A DNA stretch of 64,000 bases, taken from positions 88,846,001 to 88,910,000 of the forward strand of contig JAGIQG010000003.1 of NCBI GenBank assembly GCA_024679065.1, in the 5' to 3' direction. Shown piece after piece: positions 40,101-52,964 of the stretch (its first letter is position 1; each line of letters opens with the position of its first letter). Both the position numbers and the translations under genes were made by a program. This stretch comes from Sphyrna mokarran. Lineage: Eukaryota. The notes below the pieces were generated by a model. That model saw only the letters and a program-made list of their open reading frames with translations, searched no databases and was not told the DNA's origin.

Positions 40101-40729
40101 ACCGTGAACACATGGAATTAGAAATGTTTCACTATAATGAATTGGTAAAATGAAGTTGTGACACTCATCATGATATTTGATTGATTTAGTTATGTTCATC
40201 ATTTCCACCTGTTAGTAATATTAACTATTCTGAATCCCAAATTGCAAATCATAGTGATCATCATACGGCTTACATACAAACTGATCCTCCACAGGAAGGG
40301 GAGATCAAATTTATCATAATTTCTCATGATCTAAAGCCCTCAGTGTGTGCAAATGAGGTAGGCTTATTTTTAAAAAATGCTAATATTGTATTTTAGAATT
40401 TCCACAGATAACCAGCATAAAAGCATTCATGTCACAGAAAAGGGCTGAATTATCTAGGAATACAAACATGTACATTTTTGAGCAACATAGTCCACTGATT
40501 ACTATTTTACTCAATGATTAATAGGTTATTAATAAGATCCAAGGCAGTTGGTGAAACCAAACTAAGATACAGAACTTTTCTTTATCAATAGAGTTTGACC
40601 TGTGCAGTCTCTCAGTTCTCCTTCCACTCAACCCAGTGTCCCAGCTGTCTCCATTTATGAACAATAATAAAACAAAATTCAATAAATTAAACAAAAATGA
40701 AAGGAGGTGATGACTTCTGGTGAGACATT

Positions 40730-41400
40730 GTAACTAAAATAAAAGCAAAGAAAATTTAACCTGGGGGTGGGGGGAGATATGGGTGAAGCATCCTAGCCTT
40801 CATATGACTGCTGGTCATGGAAGAACTGAAATGCTATAGGCAAACAACACTTATTCCCTTTCCAAGGCCACTCAGGCACTAAAGGCACTAACAGTCACCT
40901 CTTCCCTCGTGCTCCTCCATTTCCGGTGACTGAGGATCAGGAGCACGGTGTTGAGGTGTAACCAAAGGTTAAGGAGCAGTCCCTTCAAATAACTAAAAAA
41001 GGACTATAACCTTGGACAAACTACGTACATGTATGGAACTCAGACTCCACTTGGCCCCAGTGAACACATGTAGTCCAACAGCCTGTGAACCACCCTAATC
41101 TACAATTGTATGGGACTGCTGCATGCAACACACTCCATGCCAGCTCCCTGATGGAAAAAGGGAGGATTCCCATGTTGAGACTCCTCCACTGAGGACCTGC
41201 CCTTCTACCAGATGGTAGAAGAGAATGCCACGAGGTGTCCTGATGGTGGAAGACGGCAAGGAAGTGGAAGGTGTGCAACAGCAGGCCATTCAGGAAATCT
41301 TTTCCAGGCTGAATGGACAAGCACGGAGGGAATTTCCACAAGCTGGCTCAAATTGTGGGATTGCAGCTCCAAGACGGGCCCCTATTTATACATGCTCAAA
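40730..41400 (-). mobile_element. Tx1/L1-clade LINE ORF2 C-terminal relic
   Basis: ORF 41021-41341 PQWRSL..GILP.SIRELAWSVLHAAVPYN.RL..FT...CVHWGQVESEFH resembles the zf-RVT region of Tx1-like ORF2. Confidence 0.65.
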
Positions 41401-41611
41401 GATTAACATCTATCACCTGTTTCTCTCAACTGTAACAATGTAATTAAACACATCAACAAACCAAACAATGCAATGAGGATCTTAGCATAACATAAAAAGC
41501 ACAGCATTTCCTTCAAATTGTCTACTTTTGCTACCTCCTTCCCAGAACATACAGTGACCTGCAAAATGAAAAGCATTTACATCAGCAATCGTAAAAGTTA
41601 TCTTTAGATAC

Positions 41612-41777
41612 CTGTTTAAATGCTTGAAGAACCTCTTGCCTCTGACTAAAATGTCTAAACAGGAGATGGAGTGCCCCAGATACCAAAGGTGGATAATCGT
41701 GCATTGTGAGGTGAAGCAAGACTCGGAGAAATGTTCGGCCACCATGATCATCCAGATCTAACGGAGTGTTTTCATCG
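41612..41777 (-). CDS. ITPR1: ITPR1 exon 11
   Basis: atatag|C...CAG|gtatct, 166 nt. [55 protein letters not shown]. Confidence 0.97.
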
Positions 41778-42239
41778 CTATATTTCAAGAAAAGTTGAGG
41801 ACATAAGTGACAGTAATTTCCTATTAAATGAAAGAATTTGCATTACTGTAGTGCCTTTCCCAACCTCAATATCCCACACCTGCACTTTGGAAGTGAAGGG
41901 AGAAAGCTAGCACAATAAGGTTCTACAAATAGCAACATGAACATTAGTGGAAAACTCTGTTTCAGTGAAACAAGTCAAGGAATAATATTAGCCATACATT
42001 AATTTCTTTCTGATATAGCGTTGTGGAACCTGACAGCCAAATTGTGCCTTGTTTTAAAGGCCTATGTGAAAGACCTCCAACATCACTCCCATTGGCATTG
42101 GAGTGCCAGCTAAAATTTTGGGTTAAAATCCCTGGAGTGGAATAGACTGCACAACACAGGGGGTACTCATACTTTTTTTTGTATTCGTTCGTGGACTTGA
42201 GCATCGTTGCTTGGCCAGCATTTATTGTCCATTTATTCA

Positions 42240-43520
42240 TTCATGCTACCTCAATGAATTTCAGGCTCAACATGATACTGAACTCTTGTTGCCTTCGTCT
42301 CTGAGCCCATTACTTTGGGCAAGACTCCTCCCCCCCCATTCCTTCAACATTCTATTTCCAATTGGACATCCCTGCTGGGATAATTACCTGCCATCGATCT
42401 TTCCATTAGTAACAGTCGACGGGCCATTAGCTGTTTTAATTTTTCTGCCTCCCTCACCTATTCCAACCTCTCTCCTTCCGAACTCTCCGCTCTTCATTCC
42501 CTCAGGTCCAACCCTGACATTCACACCAAACTCACAGACAAAGGTGCTGCTGTTGTCGTCTGGCGCACTGACATCTACCTCGCAGAAGTTGAGCGCCAAC
42601 TCTCAGGTACTTTCTCCTAGCTCCCCCTAGACACCGAACATCAAGATGTGGAGATGCTGGCTTTGGACTGGGAGTAAACACAGTAACAAGTCTGACAACA
42701 CCAGGTTTAAATCCAACTAATTTTTTGATAGTAACTATTTGATTACTATCAAATAAATTGGGTGGACTTAAACCTGGTATTGTCAGACTTCTTACACTGA
42801 ACATCAATCCATTATTTCCAAAACCATCACTGACCTCATTTCTTCAGGATGCCTTCCCCTCACAGCTTCCAAACTCACTCTCCCAACCTGGACAGCACGC
42901 TTCTACCTGCATCCCAAAATCCACAAAAAGGATGTCCTGGTAGGCCCATTGTGTCAGCACTTCTCCCACTGAACTTATTTTCTCTTACCTTGACTCCATC
43001 TCACTCCTCTGGTGCATTCCCTCCTCAGCTACGTCTGGGATTTCTCTGATGCCTTGGGTCATTTTGACATTTCCAGTTCACAGGCCCTAACCACTTCCTA
43101 TTCACCAGTGATGTGCAATCTTGCTACATCTCCATCCCACACCAGGGTGGCCTGAGAAACCTTTGTTTCTTTCCTGAAAAGAGACCTGAACAATCCCCAT
43201 CCATCACCACTCTCCTCTGCCTCTCTCCTCATTCTCTCTCTCAACAACTTCTCCTTTAATTCATCTCACTTTCTCCAAATCAAAAGGAATAACAATGGGT
43301 ACCCACATGGTCCTAGCTATGCTTGTCTTTTTATGGGGTATGTGGATAATTTCTTGTTCCAAGCCTACCTGGGTCCCCTCCCATACTCTTTTACCGGTAC
43401 ATCAATGATTATTGTGGTGGCGCTGTGCTTTGACAAACGGTCACCTGGACACAAAACATCAGCTCTTTTCTCTCCTTACAAATGCTACCAGACCTGCTGA
43501 GATTTTCCAGCATTTTCTCT
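42240..43520 (+). mobile_element. Decayed Penelope-like element: RT fragment plus terminal repeat
   Basis: DKGAAVVVWRTDIYLAEVERQLS, FYLHPKIHK..CPGRPIVSA, LFTSDVQSCYISIPH, MGTHM.PSYACLFMGYV and YRYIND (YIDD) across frames. Confidence 0.9.
42645..42795. mobile_element. Hairpin insertion within the Penelope relic, flanked by a 14-bp target-site duplication
   Basis: About 52-bp inverted arms at 42683-42734 and 42743-42795. Flanking direct repeats acaccgaacatcaa and acactgaacatcaa. Confidence 0.85.
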
Positions 43521-44073
43521 TTTCATTAGCAATAATACCCTTAGGCCATCACTACCCACTGCTCTTCCACCTAATGTTCGCAAATGTTATTCCAAACAAC
43601 AGTAGCAATGACCACTCCTGCACATCTGGTAATAGCACTCAAGGCTGCAGAATCTTATTAACAGGATATATGGCTGCTCTCTCTGTCTTAGTCCACTGTT
43701 GTCTCTCAATAAATTAGCCCTAATCTGTGTCTGCTGACTCGAGTGCATCTGTTAGTAATGGGATAGGTGGTGGGCTGGCAACATTCCTTAAAGCTAGATT
43801 CCCCAGCTGTTGAGGCATTTTGCTGTACAGGAATCTTCACAAACACCTCTAAGAGGAGATGCTGGAATCCCAACTCAGCATAGTTCAAATTATGAATGCA
43901 AGGTGGCAGAGTTCAAACCCATCTTCACTGCTCATTCTTGTGACTGTTCTGAACTTTGCTCCCAATGATTGAATGCTTTTTTTTTGGAATGAGCGATGGA
44001 AGGTAACACTAAACACTACATTTATATTTCCATCAGACGCACTTCTAACAAAACATCTGGCGTTAATACTTGC

Positions 44074-44128
44074 CTTCCACCAAAGATTCCTTCAGCCTGT
44101 TCTTCAATGTGCTCGAAATCTAAAGTTC
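44074..44128 (-). CDS. ITPR1: ITPR1 exon 10 (55 nt, GC donor)
   Basis: ttacag|GA...GGAAG|gcaagt. (G)TLDFEHIEEQAEGIFGG(S). Only the GC donor gives the phase needed by the next exon. Confidence 0.94.
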
Positions 44129-44829
44129 CTGTAATATAGAATAAATCCAAGTTGTTCAGAATTTACTACAGCTGCTGAATATATAGAATTTTATAACCTA
44201 AACATCAATCCATGTACTGTGATTACATTTGAAACCCAATTATTTATTTGCTACCTAGTCCCAGGAGGTCTTTGCTTATCCCTGGACTCAACATTTTGTA
44301 CATTTATTTAGAATATTTACAACATTTAAAATAATATCCCCAACTGGAAAGGCAAAACCAGCATCTCATAAAAAGGTAGGTGTGAGCCACTTTCTAGAAC
44401 CATTACAACCTGTGTGGTGAAGCTACTTCCACAACTGTATTAGCTAGGGAGTTGCAGTTTTCACCATGTTGTTTTTTGTAGAGGTTTGATAGAGAGGAAT
44501 GGCTTGCTAATCATCTTCAGAAGGCCGTTAGGAGTCAATCATATTGGTATGAGATGGAAGTAGCTTATTGGCCAGTAAAGTAGGCTTGGTAGGTTTCCTT
44601 TCCTTAAGGACATTAGTGAACTGGTTGCGCTTTTTTCTTGAGAAGCCAACAGCTTCATCATGATTAATACTGGTTCTATATTTGTCAATTCCAGAACCAG
44701 CCATGCCCTAATCCAGCTACAACATTGACATCCAGATTGACAGCATGGAGAATGACTCACACAAGTGCTACCCACAAAAGGTAGAACAAATCAAATCTGT
44801 CCAACTACCCACACCATTAGACTATTCTT

Positions 44830-46080
44830 TATCAAAACGACGGAAGTGTCATGACAGTACTATCAAGCAGCACTTAGTCATCAATAATGTCCTTGCCAAT
44901 GCTCAGTTTTGGTTCCTCCAAAGCCATCCACTTCTAGACACCATCATAGTCTTGCTCCAAAAATACTGAACTCCAGACAGTGGGGGAGGTGATATTGACT
45001 ATTGTTGGTATTAAGATAGCATTTGGCCGAGTGCAGAATCCAGGATCCCTAGTAAAGCAGTGGAAATCAGATGGAAAGCTCGTCACTGGTTGGAGTCATA
45101 TCTGGCACAAAGGAAAATGGTTGTTGTTGGGACATTGGCACAGGAGTTTCTCAAGAGTAATCTCCTAGGCCCAATCACCTTCAGCTGATTCTATCAGTAA
45201 ACTATCTTTCCTATCACAATATCAGAAGATGATTGTGCAATATTCAGCACCATTTGCAACTTCTCAGATACGGAAGCAGTCCATATTCAAATATAGCAAG
45301 ACCCATGCAACATTCAGGCTTGGCTTAACAAATGGCAAATAACATTCATGGCACAAAAGATCCCAATAGTGACCAACATTGATAGGAGAGAATTTAACAT
45401 TCTTTCCCTGATATTCATTGGCATTATCATCTCCAAATCCACAGCGTCAACATGTTGCAGGTTACTATTGACAAAAATTAAATTGGACTAGGCATATAAA
45501 TATCGCAGCTACAAGAATAGGTCAAAGGCTAGGAATCTTATGGTGAGTAACTCACATCCTGACTCCCCAAAGCCTGTTCACAACGTACAAGGCACAAACC
45601 GGAAATGTAACGAAATACTCTATTTGACTGTACGAGCGCAGCTCCAACAGCAGCCAATAAGATCGATAAGCAGCCCTGCTTCATCAGAACACCATCCACA
45701 ACCTTAAACGTTCACTCTCTTCACAATAGCAGCAGTGGTCACCACCTAAAAGATGCAATGCAGTAACCCACCAATATGCCAACAGTAGTTTGCAAACCCA
45801 CAATATCCACCGACTAGAAAAACAAGGGTGGCACATGCAAGAGAACACCACCTGCAAGTACCCTTGCAAGCAACACAACATTAAAAATATTCCCCATTTC
45901 CTAACGCTTGTTCAGTCAAAATCCTGAAACACCTTCTGAAAAACATTGTGGATATATTCACCCCATAGGAACTGCAGTGGTTCTAGAAAACAGCTCACCA
46001 TCACCTTTTCAAGGTTAACTAAAGATAGACTATAAATGCTGACTTTACCAATGACACACATCCCACAAATAAATAAAAAT
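44830..46080 (+). mobile_element. Decayed CR1/L2-group LINE, same family
   Basis: IKQHLVINNVLANAQFWF and GIKIAFGRV (DIKAAFDRV-like) RT remnants, with an AATAAA-like 3' end. Confidence 0.75.
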
Positions 46081-46886
46081 GTGACTTCTTTTATAAGTTT
46101 GGAAGCCTATACATTTGAGTGACTAACTATGATGCCCTTTAATTTAATTACCTTTGCACATAAAACCGCATGATGCTGATGAACTCTAGTACAATGTCAG
46201 CATACTTGGGTACTCTCCAATGAGTGGCTTACCAAAGGCTCTCCAGCATCACCAATGTGATAGCATACTCAACTTGCCTGAATGGGTGCTGTTTTATAAA
46301 ACTAAACATTTCTGAGATCATCCACGATAAAGTACACTTTTGAACATTAATTTATTCAAGAACCTAATCATCCACTTCCAATCACTGCAACAAATCAATA
46401 GGTTCTTCTAAACCAGTGCTATAACAGCAGCATTACCTCCAGAATCAAACACAATCCAGCTTTAAAGGTCACTTCTATTACAGATCTGGTCCTTTCCATT
46501 GGACAGCATCCTATAAAACTCTGAGACAACTAAGATAAACCACATCGTTGAAGGGCCTAAAAAGTCTTCACCTTCAACACACCACCACAGCAGCATGTAT
46601 CATGTACAGGATACAAAGCAGCAATTTGCAGGGCTTCTTCAAAAATACCTCCCAAACCAACAAGCTCTACCAGCTAGAAGAACAAAGATAGCAGGTGCAT
46701 GGGTAAATCATCTCAGAGCTCCCCTACAAGTCACATGCCAATCCAACATGGGCACATCTTGCCACTACCTGATTGTCAAAATCCTGGGATTCCCGGTGGA
46801 GGCAGCTTCAGCACATGGACTGCAGCAGTTCAAAACTTCAAGGATATTTAAGGATAGGGATGAAATGCTGGTTTTGCCCATCACTC

Positions 46887-46887
46887 A

Positions 46888-46933
<46 letters not shown>
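46887..46933. repeat. Compound microsatellite (TC)n(CA)n
   Basis: Seen directly, at the 3' end of a decayed LINE fragment. Confidence 0.95.
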
Positions 46934-46937
<4 letters not shown>

Positions 46938-47176
46938 CAATGAAAAAGTTAATGCTCTGGGAAATAGAATAAACCCAATGCTCATTGTCAAGTCAAAGAG
47001 GGCAGCAATGTACAATTAGCATAACCAGTTATTATTTAAATTACTCAGTTTGTAGGAAATTGTATCACTGAGGCTTTGTGATAAGTTTCAAAATAGTGAG
47101 AAATTCAGCATTTTAAGGTCAATGGCAGGACCAAGATGTGTGATATCTTTATTAACCTCAATCAATTGACACAAAC

Positions 47177-47327
47177 CTGGAACGTTACTTGCACCATCCT
47201 GAGAAGTTGATCCGATGCTGGGTGGGGCCTCGGTTGATTGATGATGTGCATTACTTTCATCAAACTCTCGCTTGAAAATGGACAGAAGGCAAGAGATTCG
47301 ATAGTCCAAACGCACATTCAAAATGAA
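47177..47327 (-). CDS. ITPR1: ITPR1 exon 9
   Basis: ttccag|TTC...CCAG|gtttgt, 151 nt. [50 protein letters not shown](G). Confidence 0.95.
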
Positions 47328-47444
47328 CTGGAAACGGAAAAGGGATAAAGTAATTATTTCAGCAGCATGTAGGGCCAGATGAAAGGTATAGTCTCACATG
47401 TCACCTTTGCTCTTATTTTACCTGAGAGAATTACATCTTATGGA

Positions 47445-47850
47445 AAGATTGCATTTATATGGCTCCCTTCATGATGTCCCAAAGCACTTTATGGTTGATT
47501 AAATACTTTCAAAATTTAGACTGCAGCATTTTAGCTGCACAGAGCAAGGTCTCAAACCAAGTAATTACCACTTAATTTGTAATTATGATGTTGTTTGAGA
47601 ATAAACATTCTCCAAGATGTCAGGAAGAAATTCCATGCTCTTCAAAATAGGACCATAGGCTCCTTGGCACTCACATGAGAAGATGGGGCCTCAATTTAAA
47701 AATTATGAAACTACAACATCTGCAACAGTGCTGCACACCCTCAATACTGTACTGCTATGTTAATCTGAGTTATTGCCCAAGACTCTACAAGTTGAACTAC
47801 AACCTTCCAATTCTGAGGGGAGAAGACTACCAACGAGTCAATGAGTATAC
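47445..47850 (-). mobile_element. Deu-domain (SacSINE1-like) SINE, decayed
   Basis: ttgcatttatatggctccc...gtcccaaagcacttt...gggcctcaatttaa pattern, also at about 41835-42140 and 54770-54980. Confidence 0.7.
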
Positions 47851-49777
47851 TCATATACAATGATTAGATGATGACTGAAAAAACACGTTAATGAATAGTC
47901 AGCTTGTGCTTTTTAATTTTAAGCACACAAAAAAACACTGGAGACAGACTTTGCATGACAGAAAATATCTATTCTGAATGGAATCTTCAGACCTCTTCCA
48001 AGTCTGTGAAACCCTTTTTGAATGATAAATGATCCTCAGTGGTGTATTCTATCATGACTAGTCATTTGTTTGCGAGTAGTTTGTTAAAATTGATGACAGG
48101 TACATTGCCGGCAGATTAATACCAGCTTAAGAACAGGCTAACATTATAATTTCTGATGGCTAAAGCAATCCAGTTGAGAAGCCTTCAAGCTGCGAGTGCT
48201 AAGTAAAGCAAAAGGTCTCAAGTGTCAGTGCAGCCTGTTGTACCATTATAACTTACATGTTATAAAGGAAGGCACTTAATGTGCTCCCTTCAAAATAGAA
48301 AACTAGGCACAGATTCAAAACTGAGATGTTGGTTGGGAGGGAGAATCTGATCTACTAATGCAGGCAATTAAGAGCTTTCTAATTCTGACAGTAGCAAATT
48401 AGTTTTGCTGCACATCTTGAAATATTAAATTCAGGCATTTGCTGCAAAAACTGGAAAACAACTCATTACAGTTTTAAAAAAACCCACAACTACATGATCA
48501 AGAATAAGCAATTTGAACAATTTAGGCCATCAGATTTGCAACATAATGTGCAAGACCTTGCTGGAGTGAGACATCTTGTGGCAGCACAGTTAGTTTGAAT
48601 TTTTTCCTCACTTTTTGTTTGCAAGATTTTTGAAAGGGACAAAGATGAGAGAGAGAGAAGAAAGTCTGTCAGCAGGTATAAGGATAAGAAACAGGTAAAA
48701 TATTAACATTGACAAGTAAACATTTTTAATTCTGTAACAGGAAAGTAAAATTGAGGCTATACCTTCAAAGATTCTCAGTCTAGGCTTAAGAGGGTAATTG
48801 CATGAACAATGATCACATCATTAAAAAGGTGCTTAAACTATTAATTACAGGACTTAACTTTGTGACAAACTTAATGGGCAATTAATGTGCAAATCCAAAG
48901 AATTCTTAAAAATAATGGGATGCTTGAGGGGCTGCCATCATTGGCACAAACAAGAACACAATGACATGAATTATTGAGCAAGTTCTGAAGATTCACATAT
49001 CATAGTATATTTTATAATTCCCCTGAATTTGCAAATTGGTAACATATATTGGAAATACTCCATTATCTTTCCAGCACGATCTGGTCCAAATGCTTTAAAA
49101 CCACGATCAGTTAAACATACGAAAACCAACGTCAGCAGCAATTTGTGACATTATAATGTTCACAAATGACTGGTCATACACCTTTTACCCATGAAGAATT
49201 GTTTTGACCCAGATAGCAACAGGCGCAGTGCAATTTATTTTGCCTTCAATAGTGCCAGATGAAAAATTTATTCTCATCTCTGGTTCGAGTATTTACTCTT
49301 TGGTCAGGTTGGAAAGTTTTAAGGTGAACCCAAACAGACATTAATTTACTTTGCTAATATCATGATAAAATAAATTTCATCTAACGATGTTAGGCTCAGG
49401 ATTGGAGTTTATAAATTTCTGTATAATGAATCCCTGCAACAACAGTAGCATGGTTTCCAGGAGTGAGAAGGAGTTGCTTCCCGTCAAAGGAGCAAGTTAA
49501 ATCAGAGGACAAACCCATTTCATGGTGTTTGATTAATCCCTGGAAGCCATTATGGACACTGCAAAGTGAGTGGCCCAGGATCAAATGTTACAGCTCCAGT
49601 TCAGAATATCACAAGTCAAGATTTTTTGGGAGTTATTTTGTTGGAGAAAGCAGAAACTCAAGCAGCAAAATATTTGACTAGAGGTTCACGAATGACTGAG
49701 CAGCCTGAAAACAAAGCCAAGACCTGTGTTTCTGAACCTGCCAACAGTAACATCGACAATCATTTTGATACCATTAC

Positions 49778-49965
49778 CTGGAGAATTTCAATTGTTTTTA
49801 GTTTTGTGTCCATGACCAAAATATCCTCTTTCTCTGGCTCAGCCTGTTGTTTAGTTGTTCCATCCTGTGGTGTGATGGGAGCCAAAGGCAGAAAGCCACC
49901 TCCCCTCAAAACCACTTGAGTCATTAACTCTCCCACTCCGTGAATTGACCTCATCACATTGCTAC
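49778..49965 (-). CDS. ITPR1: ITPR1 exon 8
   Basis: ttgcag|GT...CAG|gtaatg, 188 nt. [29 protein letters not shown]...[19 protein letters not shown]. Confidence 0.96.
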
Positions 49966-50046
49966 CTGCAATGACAAGGTCATCAGTCAGTGAGGAAGTG
50001 ATTTTCACTTTTTTTTGTACCACTTTATCCTGCAATTCTTGCTTAC

Positions 50047-50200
50047 CTCTGTTGTCATCCCCTTTAACCAGTTTGCTGATTGGGAAGACAGTTGCCATGT
50101 GGACACAATCCAAAATGGCCAACAGAATTTTGGTTAACCTTAGTAGGTCACTAAAACTGTAGAAGCCAAAGTAGATCAGGTTTCGAGCCAAATTCACAAC
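50047..50200 (-). CDS. ITPR1: ITPR1 exon 7 (5' of SIII position)
   Basis: caacag|GTT...AGAG|gtaagc, 154 nt. [51 protein letters not shown](G). Confidence 0.96.
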
Positions 50201-51871
50201 CTGTTGGGTGGAAACAATCAAATCGTTATCGTCAAATATCTGATTGGCAGTGATACTCAAGAACAGCCACACTAGCAAAAGTATGTTGAATCTTAAATGG
50301 AGATATAACAGAGAATTAAACATCCTCTCATGTATACGGTTTTATAAATTTCTCCAACTTGCAGATGCAAAAGTGTACCATGTGCTATTGGTTTTCACTT
50401 CTGAAGTACAAAAAGGTGAGGAATGTAGGTGGTCAGAACTCATCATAAGGTAGTATCTTCAGAATTTTTCCCATGTGCCTCACTAGACTAAGATACATGG
50501 CAAACCGAGAACAATTACTGGCACATAATTTAAAACTATTTATATTTGTGTAGCATTCTTCATGAGAGAAAGGTGACTTGGAACACTTGTTTCCTTTTTT
50601 TCCCGCACTGGAAGGCATCTAGTGGGAGGAAACGGGAACAATGGTTACTGCTGAAAAGACAAGAAGAACTATAAGGTTTACAGAAGGCAATAGTTAAGGT
50701 TAGAGAGACTAATGTGGAGCAGTTCCTTATGGTGGTTGAAAGAGTAGTCACAAATTTTAAGGCAGAGGGGACAAGGTATTCAGGTCACACCAGTATCAGA
50801 GGCATAAAGGACAAGTACAGGGGCACAGAGAAGAAAATAGTCAGAGAAGGAATGACATGAAACTATCAGTGTCAAAGGGGATAGTCAAAGATTTTAAAAG
50901 GTGCAAGTGTTGAAGTTGCTAGGAAATTATGAGAATCCAAGGATTTTATTCAACCTTAAGACATAGATGACACTGATAAATGTTAGTATTTATTCCCCAT
51001 CTCTAATTGCCTTCAAGAAGATGATGGTGAACTCATCATTGTGAACACAACTGAGTGGTTTTCTGAACCATTTCAGTAAGTGGTTAAGAGTCAACCATAT
51101 TGCTGAGAGTTGAATTACACAAAGCATGGTAATGATTGCAATTTCCTTCCCTAAACCAGATAGTTTTTTTTTTAAAAAAGAAACTAATTATTTCCTAGTT
51201 ACCATTACTGATGCCGACTGTTTATTCCAGATTTTACAGTAAAATATCTAATTAAATTTCCAGTTGCTTTGATGGTATTTGAATATAAGTCAGCAAATCA
51301 TTTATCTCTGGATTACGTCTCTGGATTATGACCCCATTAACATATCCATTTACTAGGCCTTAATGTGATTAAGGTCCAAAGATCCCTTGATAATCCTGGT
51401 GGGGAATAGGGAGTCAGCAGCGTGAAGGAGAGGCAAGTGCATAAATGGGCAATGCTTTAAAAAGTACGGTGCCAGAGTTGGTAATTTGACTGGAGGATGG
51501 ATTCCACAGGAGAAACTGGCAGGTGCCAAAATAAATTATTTCAGCATTTTCTACATTGAACTGAAAGAGATTCTGACAACAGTTAGCCAGTCAATAGGCT
51601 TGGAATCAAATGAGATGAAAGAAAGGCATTGTAATTTACAAAAAACTTGATTTACATCACTAGTTCTAATTAGTTGATTCCTTTATAGGAGTTGTGCCAA
51701 GAATAATAAGCATAAGCAAAATACACCTATAGTCACAAGTGCATTTCTAAGAATTACACAATTTGAACCATTTCACAGCTAGGCAGTGAAAGTCAATATT
51801 CCAGAAATACTTGCTTGTATTTACACCTCATAATGATGTCAATCAGCTCCTTAAACTATGTCTGGATTTAC

Positions 51872-52013
51872 CTCAAACGTCAGTTTGTTCTTCTCCTTGT
51901 CAGAGAAGGGAAACCGTTGGCAGACAACATCTCGCAAATACTCCTCCACAAATGCCATAGTCTGGGCAAAACGCTCTTTTATTTCATCTCTGGAAGTTCC
52001 ACTGGAATCATAA
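51872..52013 (-). CDS. ITPR1: ITPR1 exon 6
   Basis: gtttag|T...GAG|gtaaat, 142 nt. [47 protein letters not shown]. Confidence 0.97.
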
Positions 52014-52964
52014 CTAAACAAATAAAAGACAATGCATTGGAATACCAAGGATGAATGCAAGAAACACATCCATTGTCTAGTCACATATACTCATCAAACT
52101 TAGTGCTTTTGTGAGAAGGTACATTTTCCTTGTGAGAGGCTGGGAGGGCAACAAGGCTAAATATTATATAATTAATAATAAGCTAAATAAAAATAATAAG
52201 CTAAAAAGTGATCTAATATTCAGATAAAGTTTTAGCATGTTAACAGTCGTGCCACTTCAAACCATGATGCAGCAGCGGCCAACTGCAGTCTGTTTAAATG
52301 ATGATCCAATGGCTTTCCAATTGCTAAAAGGTCACTGTTGATAATATAAAAACAGACCACAGCTTACAACAGTGCAAAAAGCACAAGATTGCAACACATC
52401 TTACAACTGTCAATCCTGCAAATTCCTTTCAGGCCTGAGACCTCACCAGTGGGTGTTGAAGGTCACTCTCAACTCATCTTCTATTTTAATACATACTATA
52501 CTGATTCTCAAATAATTTACTGACCCTTGTTTCAACGCTGTAATTTAAAAATCTCAACCCAGTACAATGGAGCTGAATGTTTCTAGGATTTTAGACATCT
52601 CAGCACTGATGCGAGTTCAATGGTAATCTATTGCTTCCCATCACCTTTGTCCCTTCTGTTCGGATACAGATTTCTTGCTGCATTACAGATTGAGAGAATT
52701 CTATTTCCCTATGGTGCTCCATCCTCCTGACCATATGTCACACGTAAGCTCAATGAGCACTGATGGGCCACTTGAGCAAAGACATGGCTGATTCTTTTAT
52801 TATTTATATTTTCATGAGATTTGGATATCCTGGCAAGGCCATTATTGTCCATCCTGAACTGCCTTTGAACTGAACGTTTCAGAGAGTCATTAAAAGTGAC
52901 CACATTGTCATGAGTCTGGAGTCACATTTAGGCCAGATCAGGTACAGTCACACTCATTGGGTCA

